A stretch of 64,000 nucleotides of DNA. Origin: Dictyostelium discoideum. Lineage: Eukaryota. This document shows, one piece after another, positions 40,036 to 54,632 of the stretch. The notes beneath the pieces were generated by a model. That model was given only the letters and a program-made list of their open reading frames with translations. It had not been told where the DNA came from and searched no databases. Within the stretch, counting starts at the first letter, position 1. Every line of letters starts with the position of its first letter. The stretch lies in the NCBI GenBank assembly GCA_000004695.1, contig CM000154.2, forward strand, positions 640,001-704,000. Reading direction: 5' to 3'. A program made the position numbers and the translations under genes.

Positions 40036-41762
40036 TTTTACTTACAAATAAATATAATAATCACCTTCAATACCATTATTTTTCATTTGGTGTAAAATTT
40101 CTAAAGCTTTTTCTAATCTTCTATGATCAACATACATTTTGATGATGATACCATAAGTGATTATATCTGGTTTAATATTATGTTTTGGATATTCTATATC
40201 GAAAGTTTCTCTAGCTCTATTTAAACGACCTGAATGTGTAAGAACTTTCAAGTATTCATCCATTGGATATTTTGTGAGAGGGATACCTCTTTCTTTCATT
40301 TCTTGTAAAACCTTTTCAGATTTTTCAATGTTTATTGATAGTCCAGTCTTGTTTAAATAGGTTTTCTTTGAGATGATTTGATTATTTGCATAGCCAAACA
40401 AAGCACATGTGAATACTCTTTGATCTGGTTTTTGTTTGAAATCATCACGATTGTATAACAATTCTCTATAGATTTTTTCAAAAACTTGAACCTCGCCTCT
40501 CTTTGCTGCTCCCTTCATTAGTGATGTGTAAGTGATGATATCAGGTTTGAATTTATGTAAAGCCATATCTTGTAATAGTTCAAATGACTTCAAATAGTAA
40601 TGATCATCAGAACGTTTTGCACATGCATATATCAATGAATTGAAGGTGACTTCGGTTGGTGTCAAATTTAAGTACTTGAATTCTTCGTAATATTGGAATG
40701 CCTTTTCCACAAGATCATTCTTTGCGCATGCATCAACCATCACTGATAAGGTAACTGAATCAGGTTGCATACCTTTAATTCTTGCCTCTGAAAATAATTG
40801 GATTGCCAATTTAGGTTTTTTATTTTTTACAAGACCATTTATCAATGATGTATAATTTATATGATCTGGTAATAAACCATAGGTGGTCTCCATTGAATTT
40901 AAAATTTGAAATGATTCATCCACTTTACCATTAGCCATGTGTACTATAAATAATGAATTGAAAATATGATTATTTGGTTTAATTCCATTTGCTAACATTT
41001 TTTCAAATACCATTAAACAATTATCAATATCTTTACAATTTGCTAAACCACTTAAAATACAAGAATAAAGTCTTAGATTTAATTCAACTGATTTTTCCTA
41101 AGAAAAAAAATAAAATTAAATATAAATATATTAATAAATTATTTTAAAAATCAATATATATATATTATTATTATTATTATTATTATTATACACCTTACTT
41201 CAAATAATTTCATAATTTCTAAAATTCTATTTGGATGATTTGATAAACCCATACGTTGAATAAATTTAATTGCTAATGGAATAGTGAAATTATTTTGTCT
41301 AAAGAAAATATAAGGATCAACCGATTCTGTTGAGAAATTATATAAATGTTGTTTACCTTTTCCAAGGATTGGTTGAACATGTGGTTCTAATAACATATTG
41401 TATTGAACTCTTTTTGATGGATCTGATAATGGTGAACTTGTATTTGGTAATAATTTAGCTCTTTCAATTAATTCTGGTCTAATATATTCATCTCTTGTTT
41501 TTTTTGAAATATTTAATTGTTCACTTTCTCCATATTTTTTCTTTTCTAAATGAAATTTATTTTTATCTTCCGTTATTATAACTTCATCTCTATAGATACT
41601 ATTAATTTTATTTATTGGTGGTTGTATTTCTTGTTGTTCTTGAGGATTTTTCCATGATGATGATGATGATGATGTTGTTGAAAAACTTCTATAAATCTTT
41701 ATGAATTTTCCTTTATTTTTATTTATATTATTTAAATTTAATAATTTATTAAAAACTGACAT
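39687..41762 (-). CDS. pentatricopeptide-repeat (PPR) protein, probably mitochondrial; 3 exons: complement(join(39687..39906,40046..41097,41199..41762))
   Basis: There are at least 8 tandem 35-aa PPR units (..Y[NT]SLI.....G....A..L...M...GI.P[DN]..T[YF]...). The donors are GTAAGG (41198) and GTAAGT (40045); the acceptors are ttcttag and tttcag. The frame closes with phases 0 and 2. The N-terminus is basic and Ser-rich, like a presequence. Confidence 0.7.
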
Positions 41763-41901
41763 TGTCTATTTTTTATAAAAAAATATATAATTGATTTTTT
41801 TTTTTTTTTCCAAAGTTTTCAAAACCAATAAAAGTTTATAATTTAAAAGAAAAAAAAAAAAAAGGGGGTATGTACAAGTATAATCACTTTTTATTTGTGA
41901 T

Positions 41902-41936
<35 letters not shown>

Positions 41937-42267
41937 CGCAACCAATAAAAGTTTTATAAAAAAAAAAAAAAAAAAAAAAATAAAATAATGTAAAATAAAA
42001 AAAACGAAAAAAAAAAAAAAAATAAAATAAAATAAATGAAAAAAACAAAAAACGAAACGAATTGTAAAAAAAAAAAAAAAAAAATAAAAATAAAAATAAA
42101 AAAAAAAAAAAAATAAATAATAGATATTTTTAAGTAAATTAATATTAATTGAATTTTTTTGGTACTAAAATTTATTATTTTCACAATAAACACAAATAAT
42201 CATACAATGATAACAGTTTTTAAGTAAATTAATATTAATATGAATTTTTATTTTTATTTTTATTTTA

Positions 42268-42400
42268 ATATTGTAAAAACCATTCAAATTTGCCCACTTT
42301 TTCTAATTCCAAATATTTTTATATGGGAGCTCATATAAAATTAATATGTATAATTTTAAAATTTTGAAAAGTGCTCAAACTTGAATGGTTTTTACAATAT
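42268..42400. repeat. imperfect inverted repeat (16-bp perfect core tgtaaaaaccattcaa / ttgaatggtttttaca; about 30-bp arms) flanking about 75 bp; MITE-like
   Basis: Seen directly. There is also a 21-bp direct repeat tttaagtaaattaatattaat at 42125 and 42221, just upstream. Confidence 0.35.
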
Positions 42401-42722
42401 ATTTTTTTTTTCATTAAATTATTTTTATTTAATTTTTATTTTATTTTATATTTTATTTAATCCATTTGTTTCTATTTCATTTAAATATATATAAAATCTA
42501 GGATATCCCAAAATTGGGAAAATGAATTTTTTTTTATTTTTAATTTTTTTTTATGTGTGTGAATTAAAAAAAGTCAAATCATTTTTTTTTGATGACCAAA
42601 CAAAATTTTTCATTTTTTTTTAAAAAAAAAAAAAAAAAAAAATTGAATTTTTTTTATATTTTTTTTTTTTTATTTTTAATTTATTTATTTAACATCACCA
42701 AACAAATATTTACATACATAAA

Positions 42723-43036
<314 letters not shown>

Positions 43037-43409
43037 ATTTGTAAAAAACAATTAATAATAATAATAATAAAATAAGTGAAAATAAATATATAGAAAAGGA
43101 AATACAAGAAAAAGAAAAAGAAAAATAATGATTAAAATTTTAATAATGTAAAAAAAAAAAATAAAATAATAAAAAAAAAATAAACAACTCAACTCACTTT
43201 ACCTCATCGCAACAATCTCTTTTAAAACAAAAACCCCCCAAATCAGTAATAAAAAAAAAAATAATAAAATAAAATAAACTTTATTGATTTATTTTAAGAT
43301 TGCGTCTTAAAATAAATCAATGATGATTAAAAAAAAAAAAATTACATAATTCTATTTTTATTTTCAGTTTTTTATTTTTTTTTGTTATTTTTCTTTTTTT
43401 TTAATTTTT

Positions 43410-44092
43410 TTAAAATGGTAATTTATTTAAAGCAGAGGAATTTTTACCATCTTGCCATTCACTTCTGGTGATCCAAATTTCTCTTGTACTTTCCAAACAA
43501 CCTAAAATTGCACCACCTCTCCAACCAGCATGACGACAATCAACATCACTTCTAATGGAACTATTGGCAAAACCAATATAATTTTCAAGTGGCATTATAG
43601 TTGTAGAGGATGGTGTTGGGGTGGTTGTAGCAGAGTTTGTGGAATTTTGTAATTGTTGTTGTAATTGTTGTTGTTGTTGTTGTTGTTGTTGTAGTTGTTG
43701 TTGAAATTGTAATTGTTGAGCTTGATATTGTTGTTCCAATTGTTTAAATATACAAACTCTTAGTACATCTTGAATACCAGGTGCTAAGGCACCACCACCA
43801 ACCAAAAGAATATTTGATAAGTATTTCTTTTTATTTATATCACTTCTCTCCAATTGTGATACACTCTTTAAAATTGCAATATCCAATGGAATATCAATAT
43901 AATTATCTTCACAATTTGATGAGGATTCTATTTTTAATTTCTTTGTTGGTGATGATGTTGTTGAAGTTGAAGTTGATGGTACCGTTGAATTTGAATTAGA
44001 AATTGATGGTACTGTTGAGTTTGAATTTAAAGTTGATGGTACTGTTGAATTTGAATTTAAAGTTGATGTTACAATTGTAACATTATTAAAAC

Positions 44093-44156
<64 letters not shown>

Positions 44157-44221
44157 ACTATTAATATTACTATTACTACCACTATTATTATTATTATTAT
44201 TATTATTACTACTACTACTAC

Positions 44222-44252
<31 letters not shown>

Positions 44253-45203
44253 AATATTATTAATTATATTATTATTAATAATATTATTATTATTACTACC
44301 ATCTTTATTATCTCTACTTGTATTATTTTGAGCAAAGCTAAGTATATGACTATGATCATCGAATGGATCTTCATGATCATATGATGATAGGTAATGATTA
44401 TAATAATGTTTTTGATCTTCAACATATAAATTACTTTCACTAGTATTTGCCAATGATCTTGATTTAATTAGATAATTTACAGAACTTCCACCAAATTGTG
44501 ATAAAATATTTGGATAAAATAAAGACATACCAACAACTTGATAAACTTCATCTGCATTAAAATGATAAATATTCATATGTTTATCATGTTTAATATCTTT
44601 AACTTTAAATGTACCAACTCTTTGTTTTTGAAAATCATTCTATGATTATTATTAAAAAAAAAAAAAAAAAAAAAAAAGTTAATAAATATTTTAAATCTTT
44701 TGTTTATACTCTATATAATAATAATAATAATAATAGGATAACCTACATAATAATAATCTAAATTTTCAATTTTAATATTATCAAAAACATTTAAATAAAA
44801 TGGAGAGAAATCGACTAATTCATAAATTGAAGATTTGAAAGGAAAATAATATTTATGTATTTGTTTTGCAACCATTTGTCTTGTTAATGTATCAGAATCA
44901 CTCTTATCCATACCAGTTAAAAGATATTCCAATAGTTTTGTTAATTGTTCACCACCATAGCCAAGTGTTAATCTAGTATTTGGTAAAAGGTAACCTTCAT
45001 CAACACATGCAATCGATATCTTTTGATGACCTAAATCAATAACACATGATTGTGTTGCCATTGATACTCCAAACGATGAACAAATTGATTCTTGAAAGAA
45101 TAATACTGATGTAAATTGTAATTCCTTTAATAATAATGTTGTAATTTGTTTTAATGATTTTCTATCAATATTATCTGTAACAACATAAACACATCCATAG
45201 CTC

Positions 45204-45249
<46 letters not shown>

Positions 45250-46250
45250 AAAAAATTAATATTTTAGAATTATTATTAATTTTAAAACAAATTATTAAAT
45301 AAATAAATAGTTACACTTAAATCAGAGGATGGTATATTTAAATATCTTTGAATTGCATATTTCCACATTTGAGTTATATCATCAAACATTGATTGAACTG
45401 AATGATAGATTCCAGTATTAAAAGTTGACATGGTGATTGGTTGATAGGCAAACCATTTATCTTTGTCTCTGCTTACTGCGATTGCATCATCACCAATACA
45501 ATAATCGATTTCGTTGTAGTTTAATGGTTGTGGGACATAGGGTGGTGGAGTAGTTGAAACGTTTGTAAGTGATGATAATGAAGAGGTTTTCTTTTTCTTC
45601 TTTTTAATGATTTCAAAAGTTGTGGAATTATTCTCATTGTAGAGTGTTGGTTTTTGTCTAACTTTAATATAATCAACTGGTGGTAATAATTTAGTAGTCT
45701 CTTTAACTGATTGTTCAACCTCTTCTAATAATTTTTTTGGTATATGTATTTTGGTTTGTGTTTGTATATTTATTGGGGGTGGTGGTTGTTCAATTTTTAT
45801 ATTTGAGGTTATATTTGTTTTTGAATCAGTTATAGGTTTATCTATATCCATTGATTCAGTTGGTTTAATTTCTACTTCTTCTGTTGTTGATGTTGATGAT
45901 GTTGATGATGTTGGTTTAACTTGTTCATCAGTTGTTATTGTTGTTGCCATTGGCAATGTTGATTTAACATCTTCTGTGGTAGTGCCAACTGCTTCAGAAG
46001 GGGTCACTGTATTTTCAACATCTATTTTCATAATATCATCATTATTTTCATTTGATTTATTATTTATTATAGTTGACTCTACTGGTGATACTATTGTTGG
46101 TGTTTCAGTGGTTGTTATTGTTGGAGTGGAGATTTTTTCTTTTTTCTTTCTTGCTATGTAATTTGGAATTGTTTTTGGAACTGATTCTGATGCCAATCCA
46201 ATCTTTAACGAATGTGATCCATGGTGAATTACAATAACTTTACTTTCCAT
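43410..46250 (-). CDS. actin-related protein 8 (Arp8, INO80 complex subunit); 3 exons: complement(join(43410..44639,44747..45202,45315..46250))
   Basis: The N-terminus VIVIHHGSHSLKIGLASESVPKTIPNYIARK matches human ACTR8 IIVIHPGSTTLRIGRATDTLPASIPHVIARR. MWKYAIQRYLNIPSSDL matches IWSHAIQKYLEIPLKDL. The middle exon ...SSFGVSMATQSCVIDLGHQKISIACVDEG matches the corresponding ACTR8 region. The C-terminus LVGGGALAP...DCRHAGWRGGAILGCLESTREIWITRSEWQ matches LVVGGGLMF...LIAWKGGAVLACLDTTQELWIYQREWQ. Large Ser/Thr/Asn-rich insertions are present. The donors are GTAACT (45314) and GTAGGT (44746), all phase 0. Confidence 0.8.
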
Positions 46251-46464
46251 TATATTATATTTGTTTAATACAATGAAAAAAAAAAAAAAAAAGAAAATGA
46301 AAAAAAAAAAAAAAAAAAAAAAATGAAAAAAAAAAAAAAAAATAATAAAAAAAAAAAAGAATTAAAAATTAAAATGGAAAAAAAAATAAAAAAAAATTAA
46401 ATATTATGTTTTAAATTAATTATTATTTTTTTAACTTTATTTAATCATTTTTTTATTTATCTAT

Positions 46465-46499
<35 letters not shown>

Positions 46500-46712
46500 A
46501 CACTATTCTGCTTTTTTTTTTTTTTTTTTAATTTTTTTATATTTTTTTTTTTTTTATATTTTTTTTTTTTTTTTAATTTTAATTTTTTTAATTAAAAAAA
46601 AAGTTTTAAAAACAAATTCACTATTTATTTTTATTTGTATAGTATTTCTATTTTATTTTTAAAATAATTTATTTTTATCCTTAAAATTGTATTATAAAAT
46701 TAGTATAATATA

Positions 46713-47987
<1,275 letters not shown>

Positions 47988-48004
47988 AACAAAAAAAAAA
48001 CAAA

Positions 48005-48045
<41 letters not shown>

Positions 48046-48285
48046 GATTAATTAACAAACAATAAAACTTATAAATTTGTAAAAAAATAGATTGTTTCTT
48101 TTTTTTTTTTTTTAATGACTAAAATTTATTCATTATTATCGGATGTTGTTTTTTTTTTTTGACACTGCTATTGTAGTATTATATGGGTAAATTTTTACAA
48201 AATGCCTTTTGATTTGATTTAATTTGATTAAAATAAAATGAAAAAAAGACCTAGTTTTATTTGATATTTAGAGTTGTTATCGAGC

Positions 48286-49217
48286 TTATTGTGGTGGTGG
48301 GTATACCTTTGATTGTGCTTTGACCTTTTTATCATATTCTTCCTTGTTGGTCCTAAAATAGAAAAAAAAAAAAAAAAAAAAAAAAAAATAAAATAAAATA
48401 AAATAAAATAAAATAAAAGGTGTTAACTTTTTATACAATTATTGATACATTTAAATGTTTATAATGATAACTTACAAAAATAAGTGGATTGGAAGTTGTT
48501 GAGCAGGACTTTTTGGATTTGGGTTATCTAATAAATCTTGAATACCTAATAAAACCTATTATTATTTTTGAGTAAAGTGTAAATAATTATATCAATCATT
48601 CTAAATAAAATTCTCTATAAATCTCATATCACTATAATCATAACCCCACACAAACAAACACACACACACACAAAAATATAAAATAAATAAACACACAAAT
48701 AATATATAATGATAGATTGATAAATTACTGTTTTAATTGTTACGGATGGTTTCCAATCTGCTTCTTCATTTAAAATACTTAAACAAACAGTACCTGATGG
48801 GTAAACATTTGGGTGGAAAAAATCTTTTGGGAATCTACATTTAGGTGGTTTACTTGGATAATCTTCAGTAAATTCCATAATAAGTGGATATACACCACCT
48901 TCCCAATTTGTCTATAGTTATTTATAATGTTGGTTTGGTTAGTTTGTTGCCCCTCTATTTTTATTATTTTTTTTATATTTTTTTTCTTTTAAATTTGTTG
49001 TACCAATGGTTTTTGGTAATGATATTGATAATTTATATATAAAAAAAAAAAAAGAAAGACCACCTACTTTTGTTTTACCAGGAATACCACAATTCCAAAC
49101 ATATAAATTTAATGATCCATCTGTGTTTGTTGATGGTCTTGCAAAGAAACCATATGGATGATCTCTTCTCCAATTCTTTCTTTCTTCTGATAATCTAGCT
49201 GATGATATTCCTGCCAT
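48286..49217 (-). CDS. ubc9: SUMO-conjugating enzyme E2 Ubc9; 4 exons: complement(join(48286..48352,48476..48555,48729..48911,49068..49217)), 159 aa
   Basis: [50 protein letters not shown]|[61 protein letters not shown]|[26 protein letters not shown]|[22 protein letters not shown]. This is near-colinear with human UBE2I (…[46 protein letters not shown]…[28 protein letters not shown]…ILLGIQELLNEPN…). The catalytic Cys is in [15 protein letters not shown]. The donors are GTAGGT, GTAATT and GTAAGT. Confidence 0.85.
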
Positions 49218-49364
49218 ATATAATATATATATATTGAGTATTAAAATTTCAATTGAATGTAATACCTTTTATAATTTGAAATAAATAAAAACTAAATACA
49301 ATTTTTTAAAAAAAAAAAAAAAAAAAAAAAGTTAACTGAGAGTTTTTTTTTTTATTTTTTGTTT

Positions 49365-49402
<38 letters not shown>

Positions 49403-49692
49403 TTTTTTTTTTTTAAAATTTAATTTAAAAATAAATATTTTTTTTTTTTTATTTCTAGAAGGAATACCCGAATCCTTATTTGAAATATTAAAATAAAAAA
49501 ATAAATAAAAATTAATATAAGCAAAATAAAAAAATAAAAAAATAAAAAAATAAAAAAAAGCCACAAGTCTCAAAGTTTTCGATTATTTGTTACCAGAAAA
49601 TAAAAAATATAAAACTAATATAAAAATACAAAAATGAAATAATATATTATATTATTGATATATATACATTATAATATTATATTTAAGTAAAC

Positions 49693-49723
<31 letters not shown>

Positions 49724-49906
49724 AATTATTAAATAAAAGGCCTCAAGTCATTCGATTATTTGTTACCAGAAGATAAAAAAAAATATAAAACAAATAAAAT
49801 AATATATTTATAAGTGTGAATAAACTATGTTTATTGATTTGATTTACTATTTTATTATTAAATAGTTAATGAATAAAAAGTAAATGGATTTTTTTTTTTT
49901 TTTTTT

Positions 49907-52602
49907 TTAAAGTTTTTCATTATATTCTTCAAGAGTTGGTAATTTTGGATTTAAACCTTTTCTCTTTCTAATTGATGAAGCTACTTCAGTTGATCTTTTA
50001 TCTTGACCAACGATACCAATTGAACTCCAATGATCAAAAACACATTGAGGGAAAGCTTGACCAGCAGTACTTGAACGTAAATCAGCAGTGAGACCAAATG
50101 ATTCCATTACAGGAAGATAAGCTTTGATATTGAATAATGGAGTACCAATACGACGTTCTTCACCAATGACAACACCTCTTCTACGATTGAGTACAGAGTA
50201 GATACCACTAATACCACTTTCAGGAGTACTAATATCAACCAAATACATTGGTTCCAAAAGTGTTGGTTGAGCTGATAGTTGGGAGGCATACATTACACGA
50301 CGAGTTGTTGGAATAAATTGACCACTACCTCTATGAATTGCATCGGCATGAAGCATTACATCATAAACGTTGAAACGAATCGATCTCATTTTCTCACCAC
50401 ATAATACACCTTCATTTGAGATCCATTGGAATGCTGAAACCATAGAGTCTTTAATTTCATGAAGATATTGAACACCTTTGGTTTTGTTAACTAAAACATT
50501 TGGACCCTTATATTCTGGACCAAATGACCAAATGTTAACTGCATCATTCTTATCCCAAGAATGTTTATCATAGAGATAATTGGCACGACTTTTAACATCT
50601 TGATTAAAAGCCACCAAACCATTATCAATATCATCAGTTAGGTCTGACGATAATGGTTCAGATTTCATGTAGATACGATTGTGTTTATTTGGTGATTTTG
50701 CAAGACACATGATTTTTGATTCCTCTGAAACAGATTCACAAAATGATACCACTGGATCAGAGGTAATAATTTCAATGCCTGCATGATCTTCTTCAAGGTC
50801 TTTAAGACAAATTTCCAAGTGAAGTTCACCTGCACCAGCAACAATATGTTCACCAGATGTTTCGGTGATACATAAAACACATGGATCAGCTTTTGCTAAA
50901 ATTTTAAGACCTTCAATAAGTTTTGGTAGTTCAGATGGATTCTTTGGTTGTACAGCCACCCGGACTACGGGAGAAACCGAGAATTTCATAACTCTTATAT
51001 TATGAGCCGTTTCTTCCGTAGAAATCGTACCAGATTTAACCAAGAACTGGTCTACACCAACCAAACCAATGATATTACCACATGGACAATCATCGAGAAG
51101 TTCAATCTTTCTACCCATCATAAGTACGGTACGTTGAATTGATTTAAGGTATAGATCATCCTTTTTGCCTGGTACATAATCTGGTCCCATGATACGAACC
51201 TTTTGACCAGTACGGATGGTACCAGAGAAAACACGACCAAATGCATAGAAACGACCTTTATCCGAGGTTGGAATCATTTTAGATACATACATCATCAATG
51301 GACCATTTGGATCACAATTAGCAATAGCCAATGCACATTTATCATCCATTGGACCTTCATAAAGATGACTAACACGATATTTCTGTGCTTCCAATGGTGA
51401 TGGTAAATGAGAGACAACCATTGAAAGAATGGCATCTGAAGCTGGTAAGAACTTTCTCATGATTGATTTGATCAAATTCTTACCCTTCAATTCAGCATCT
51501 TCAGGTGAGAGAGAAATGTTGAGTACTTTCAACATTGAATCGATTCTATCTTGATCTTCATCGATTACTGCACGAGTCAATTTATAAATTGGATCCAAAA
51601 TAAATTGACAAAATGCTCTTTGTAATGGTTTTGCTTCACCACTACCATCATCAGATGAAGGTACATTTGAAGTTTTCCATTTCTTTGATTCTTGATCAAA
51701 GTAATTATCACCCCATAAACGTGACATTAATTTCTCTTCAGAAACACCAAATTTTGAAGCGTAAAGTTTTGCGAATTTACCAATTGTAAAACCCCAACCA
51801 TGTAGGCCAGAACCAAATGCAATTGTACCTTTCTCTGGTGAGAGGTTAATATCACCCATCATACCATTACCAAATTCATTGTTTTCACCAGTACAACCAA
51901 ATGATCCAATTACTACATTTACAGATTCAATGGCTCTTGTAAATGATAAATAGGCATCTTCACTGTTTAATTGGAGTTCCAAAAGAAAACGATCAACCTT
52001 GTTTACAAATAAAACTGGTTTAATACGTTCAGCCATTGCTTGACGTAAAACAGTTTCAGTTTGTACACAAACACCCTCAACACAATCGATAACTACCAAT
52101 GCACCATCGGTAACACGAAGTGCTGCTGTTACTTCAGAACTAAAATCAACATGACCTGGTGAATCAATAAGATTGATCAAGAATTCGTGTGAGCTACAAC
52201 CAGTTGGTAATTTCTCATCTTTTGGCATTTCAAAGTGAAGTGAAACAGATGATGACTTTATGGTAATACCACGTAATTGTTCATCTGGACGACATGACAT
52301 ATATCCTGCATTACCAGATACCTTATCTGCAATAATACCAGCTCTTTGAATTAATGAATCAGTAAGAGTAGTTTTACCATGATCAACACTTTTTTTTTTT
52401 TTATTATTTTAAAAAATAATAAAAATAATAATAATAATAATAATAATAGAAAATAAAAAAAAATATTAATAATTAATAAAATTTTATTAAATAATAATTA
52501 TAAAATAAATTATAATACTTACTGAGCAATAACAGACATATTTCTGATATTTTCACGACGATCCATAATTGAACGAATTTGATCTATTGTAAAATTGACC
52601 AT
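49907..52602 (-). CDS. efbA: translation elongation factor 2 (eEF2); 2 exons: complement(join(49907..52388,52523..52602))
   Basis: Exon 1 [26 protein letters not shown] + CA|GTAAGT; the acceptor aaaaag gives CA+T=His, then [25 protein letters not shown]... The protein is colinear with eEF2 throughout (GTP-binding motifs [21 protein letters not shown]; the diphthamide region …[11 protein letters not shown]…). There is an intergenic promoter region upstream at 52603-53100. Confidence 0.95.
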
Positions 52603-53149
52603 TTTTTTTTTGTTTTAGTTTTTTTAGAAATGAGAGTTTTTAAAATGAATTTTAATAATAAGAGTTTAAAGAGAATAATTGTACAAAGGCAAATTAAAGT
52701 TTGGCCAATGTAGGGGAAAAATAAAGTTTAAGTTTTATTAATTTTGTTTTGTATATGTAATAATATTTATTATTGATATGACAAAAATAAAAAAAAAAAA
52801 ATTTTGTTTAAATAGTTTTCCTTTGGCCAAAAAAAAAATATTTGGGAAAATAGAAAGAAAATATATTATAATTTTAATATAAAAAAAAAAACAACCCCCC
52901 AATCAATATTAATTTTTACAAAGACATCAATTCTGAACATATTTTCAATTTCATTTTTTTTTTATATAAAAAAAGAAAACTCAAAAACCAAAGAAAAAAA
53001 AAAAGTCCTTTCCAAACTATTTCTTTTAAAATATTAAATCTTTTTTCAATCTAATGTTATCAAAAAAAACTTTTTACATTACATTTTTTTAAAAAAAAAA
53101 AAAAAAAAAACTCCCATAATTTTTAAAATTAATTAAAAATGTTCTAATT

Positions 53150-53293
53150 TAATTTTAAAAATGACATTATTTTAATAGGGTGGCCTTACCAGCATCAAAT
53201 TCTATCCTTTCGAGACCCATTTGGTGGGATGTGTGGAGAAATCCATACAGTTGGTTCAATTCCAATCTTGAAAACAAATAAATCTTGCCATCT

Positions 53294-53340
<47 letters not shown>

Positions 53341-53715
53341 TGTTCTAATTTAATTTTAAAAATGACATTATTTTAATAGGGTGGCCTTACCAGCATCAAA
53401 TTTTATCCTTTCGAGACCCATTTGGTGGGATGTGTGGAGAAATCCATACAGTTGGTTTGATTCTAATCTTGAAATCAAATAAATCTTACCATCTGTTTTT
53501 ATCGACACTGAGTTTGGTGTATTTTATTTGGTAATAATTGCATTATTGCTTACTAAAATTAGGTTGTTATTATTGGTGCTTTTAGACTTTTTTGATTAGG
53601 TGAGGGATTTTCTTTCTTTTTTCCCAAAAAAATTTATTAAAAAAAAAATTATAAAAAATAAAATAAAACATTCAAAATAATGGGTTCAAATCTTGGTCTG
53701 ACCACGAATTAACAA
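53150..53715 (+). mobile_element. ORF-less retroelement-like unit: two tandem copies of an approximately 185-bp module (53150-53335, 53336-53520) plus about 190 bp ending in tcttggtctgaccacgaatt; possibly a TRE5-type A/A/B/C-module derivative
   Basis: The direct repeat is seen (about 90 % identity between copies; the first copy ends in T30). The 3' motif is shared with the end of the element at 35005-35040. GC content is above the host background. There is no coding capacity. Confidence 0.35.
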
Positions 53716-54048
53716 ATAATAATAATATTAATAAAAATAACTTAATTTTAAAAAATAAAATAAAAAGGATAGTCGACAAGTTTTTTTTTGAGGGAAAGGA
53801 AATTATATATATTTTTTTTTTTTTTTTTTTAAAAATTAGGATATTTAAAAAAAAATCATTAATAAAAAAAAAATTAAAAACAAATTTTATTGTATCTCAT
53901 TTTTTGGTATATCCTTTTTTAATTAAAAAAAAAAACACCAACCAATTATGTGTTTTTATTTTTTAATTAAAAAAAAAAAAAAAAATTGTAATAATAACAA
54001 TTTTTTGAAAATATCCCATTTAAAAAATATCTTAATTTGATTTTTTTG

Positions 54049-54090
<42 letters not shown>

Positions 54091-54102
54091 CACAAAAATT
54101 AT

Positions 54103-54136
<34 letters not shown>

Positions 54137-54188
54137 CATTTTTATTATTACCAATTTTTTTTATTATTTGTTCATTTTCATAAACAGA

Positions 54189-54591
54189 ATGAGCTTTTTT
54201 AGTAATTTATTTTCAAAACCTGAAGAGTAAGCAAATAAAAATAAAAATAATTACAACAAGATAATTTTTGAGGAAATTAAAAAAAAAAAAAAAAAATCAT
54301 TAATTAATTTTAAAAAAAAATCATTAATTAATTTTAAAAAAAAATCTAATCTTTTATTTAAATAGTAAATTAACATCTTTTCAAGTTTCAAAAGCACCAA
54401 CATTTGAAGAATTTAAAAAAACATTAAAAGATAATGGAGTCTCTGATACAACATTTGAAGATTTGTTTGAAAAAATGGTATTAATGACATTGACGTCATT
54501 TTTAGAAAAGTACCCATCAAAAGAAACTTCAAAATGTCAACATAGTAAGTTTTATTTTTTTTTCTATTTATATACCAACAAAATTATTAAT

Positions 54592-54632
<41 letters not shown>

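Noticed and set aside
50107-51400. Four short ORFs on both strands within the eEF2 exon
   Set aside because: They are fully nested in the strongly conserved eEF2 coding frame and are chance ORFs.
53683-53710. GGGTTCAAATC...CCA, looking like a tRNA T-arm/3' end
   Set aside because: The flanking sequence cannot form a 5-bp T stem or an acceptor stem, and there is no D-arm or anticodon arm upstream. It is the shared terminal motif of the retroelement-like units.
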